64,000 bases of DNA, taken from NCBI GenBank assembly GCA_038087875.1, contig CM075988.1, positions 20,834,001 to 20,898,000 on the forward strand. Reading direction: 5' to 3'. The position numbers and the translations under genes were made by a program. Position 1 is the stretch's first letter; each line of letters starts with the position of its first letter. The stretch is from Malacoraja senta. Taxonomy: Eukaryota. A model generated the notes under the pieces. That model was not told the origin of the DNA. It made no database searches and saw nothing but the letters and a program-made list of their open reading frames with translations. Positions 62,347 through 64,000 of the stretch are shown piece by piece.

Positions 62347-63092
62347 AGGTCAGGACCCTGCTTCCCTATCCATGATTTCCAGGATCGGATCGAGACTACA
62401 GAAAGGTCCCGACAAGGAACATTATCTGTCCATGTTCCCCAGAGATGTTGCCTGACTAGCTGAGCTCGTCCATCACTTTACGTCTCTCTGTTTCAAGATC
62501 TTTGCACTTTGCTAAGGCTTATTTTTATGATCTTAGCAAAGCATGCACGGGATACATCTCCAAGGTAATATTAATTTATTTACAATCATTGGGCTAAATT
62601 TAATACATTTGTCCGTTTTCATGAAATGTTGGCAGTTCTAGCTTTCTTTCTTCCCCACCCCAGCAATCAGTCTGCAGAGAGGGTCCCAACCTAAAATGTC
62701 ACCGATCTATGTTCTACAGGAATGCTGCCTGACCTGCTGGGTCTCTCCAGCACTTTGTGTCTTTCCTTGATAAACCAGCATCTACAGTTCCTTGTATCTT
62801 CAAGAAATGTTTATTGCACATTTATGTGTATTTAATCAAACTTTCCTCTCTTTAATAGGTTGACAAGAACTACAATGGAGACACGAGAGACTGCAAATCT
62901 CTGGAATCTTAAGCAAAGAATGATGTGCCGGAGGAACTCAACGGGTCAGGCAGCATCTGTGGAGGGAAATGGACAGATGTTGTTTCAGGTTGGGACCCTT
63001 CTTCAGAAAATAACTACATTTGTAATGTATACCTCATAATCACACGAGGAAGCCATTTCCTTAATTTATGATCACAAATCAAAATAGCTAGT

Positions 63093-63403
63093 GGGACAGC
63101 ACGGTGGCGCAGCGGTAGAGTTTCTGCCTTACAGCGCCAGAGACCCGGGTTCAATCTTCACTTTGGGTGCTGTCTGTACGGAGTTTGTATGTTCTCCCCG
63201 TGACCTGCATAGGTTTTCTCCGGGAGCTGCAGTTTCCTCCCACACCCCAAAGGTGTACAGGTTTGTAAGTTAATTGGCTTGGTAAAATTGTAAATTGTCC
63301 CTTGCGTGTGTGGGATAGTGTTAATGCGCGGGGATCGCTGGTCGGCCCGGACTCGGTGGGCCAAAGGGCCTGTTTCCGCGCTGTATCTCTAAACTAAACT
63401 AAA
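63093..63403 (+). mobile_element. HE1-like V-SINE, full length
   Basis: Head, V-domain, CR1-type tail, (taaac)n. Confidence 0.95.
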
Positions 63404-64000
63404 TCAGTTATTATTCCAAACACAAAAAGCTGGTTTCATCACGATCCTTCATAGCTTTCCCCCCTTCTAAATACATTGGTAGATTTGTTGTAATTTAGAG
63501 GCCATTTAGAAACTGGGAGATAATTCCTATGAAACCAATCTCAAAAATAAAAACAAAACGTCCAGGATTCTAAAAGTGTGTGATTAGTCATGTTACCATT
63601 CCCTTAAATGGAAATAGATTCAGCGCGCACTCTGTCAAATTGACACTGGTGCACATATCTATACAAGATGCCAAGCACATTCAATCTTGTTCCACTTGTT
63701 TCCAGAGGTTATTATATATTTTATCCTGTCCCCACATACAGTTGAAGCTCACAGTGACAGGAACATGAAAAATAGCAGAATCAACACTATGTGTAGAATA
63801 CCATTCACTACTCCGAAGATTCTGTGGACCACAATATATCTTTTTTTTTAAATACTATGGCGTATTTATTACTCAGGTATTCTCACTTCTGGAGCACCTG
63901 CTAATCCAGTTCCAGAATGTTTTTTTTAACATTTTCACAAGTCAATAATGAAGAATATGCCTTCCGAATTTAATTCTGTTGTACGTCCACCTTTCTTTGT

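Noticed and set aside
63093..63165. tRNA genes at SINE heads
   Set aside because: tRNA-like heads run into V-domain and LINE tail; they are SINEs

Overview
Repeat-dense vertebrate non-coding DNA, almost certainly from a cartilaginous fish (skate/ray/shark), judged by more than 20 HE1-type V-SINE copies and HER1/CR1-type LINE fragments that share their 3' end. No host protein-coding gene could be supported; every ORF I can assign derives from a transposable element. The window holds CR1 LINEs, Rex1/Babar LINEs, an RTE-like and an L2/Crack-like fragment, many Penelope-like (PLE) remnants, Harbinger-like MITEs, a Tc1 end, microsatellites and a 200-N gap. Main results: (1) a 168-bp TSD-flanked retroposon at 50821-50988 (-) whose 5' 52 nt fold into a P4-less HDV-like ribozyme with a CPEB3-like core; (2) minimal type-I hammerhead motifs in many short, often palindromic, TSD-flanked PLE derivatives, including a 66-bp tandem array made from them; (3) GC-rich non-autonomous elements with a conserved hairpin and Rex1-type 3' ends. 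All family assignments come from visual recognition, not database searches, and the ends of degraded copies are approximate.
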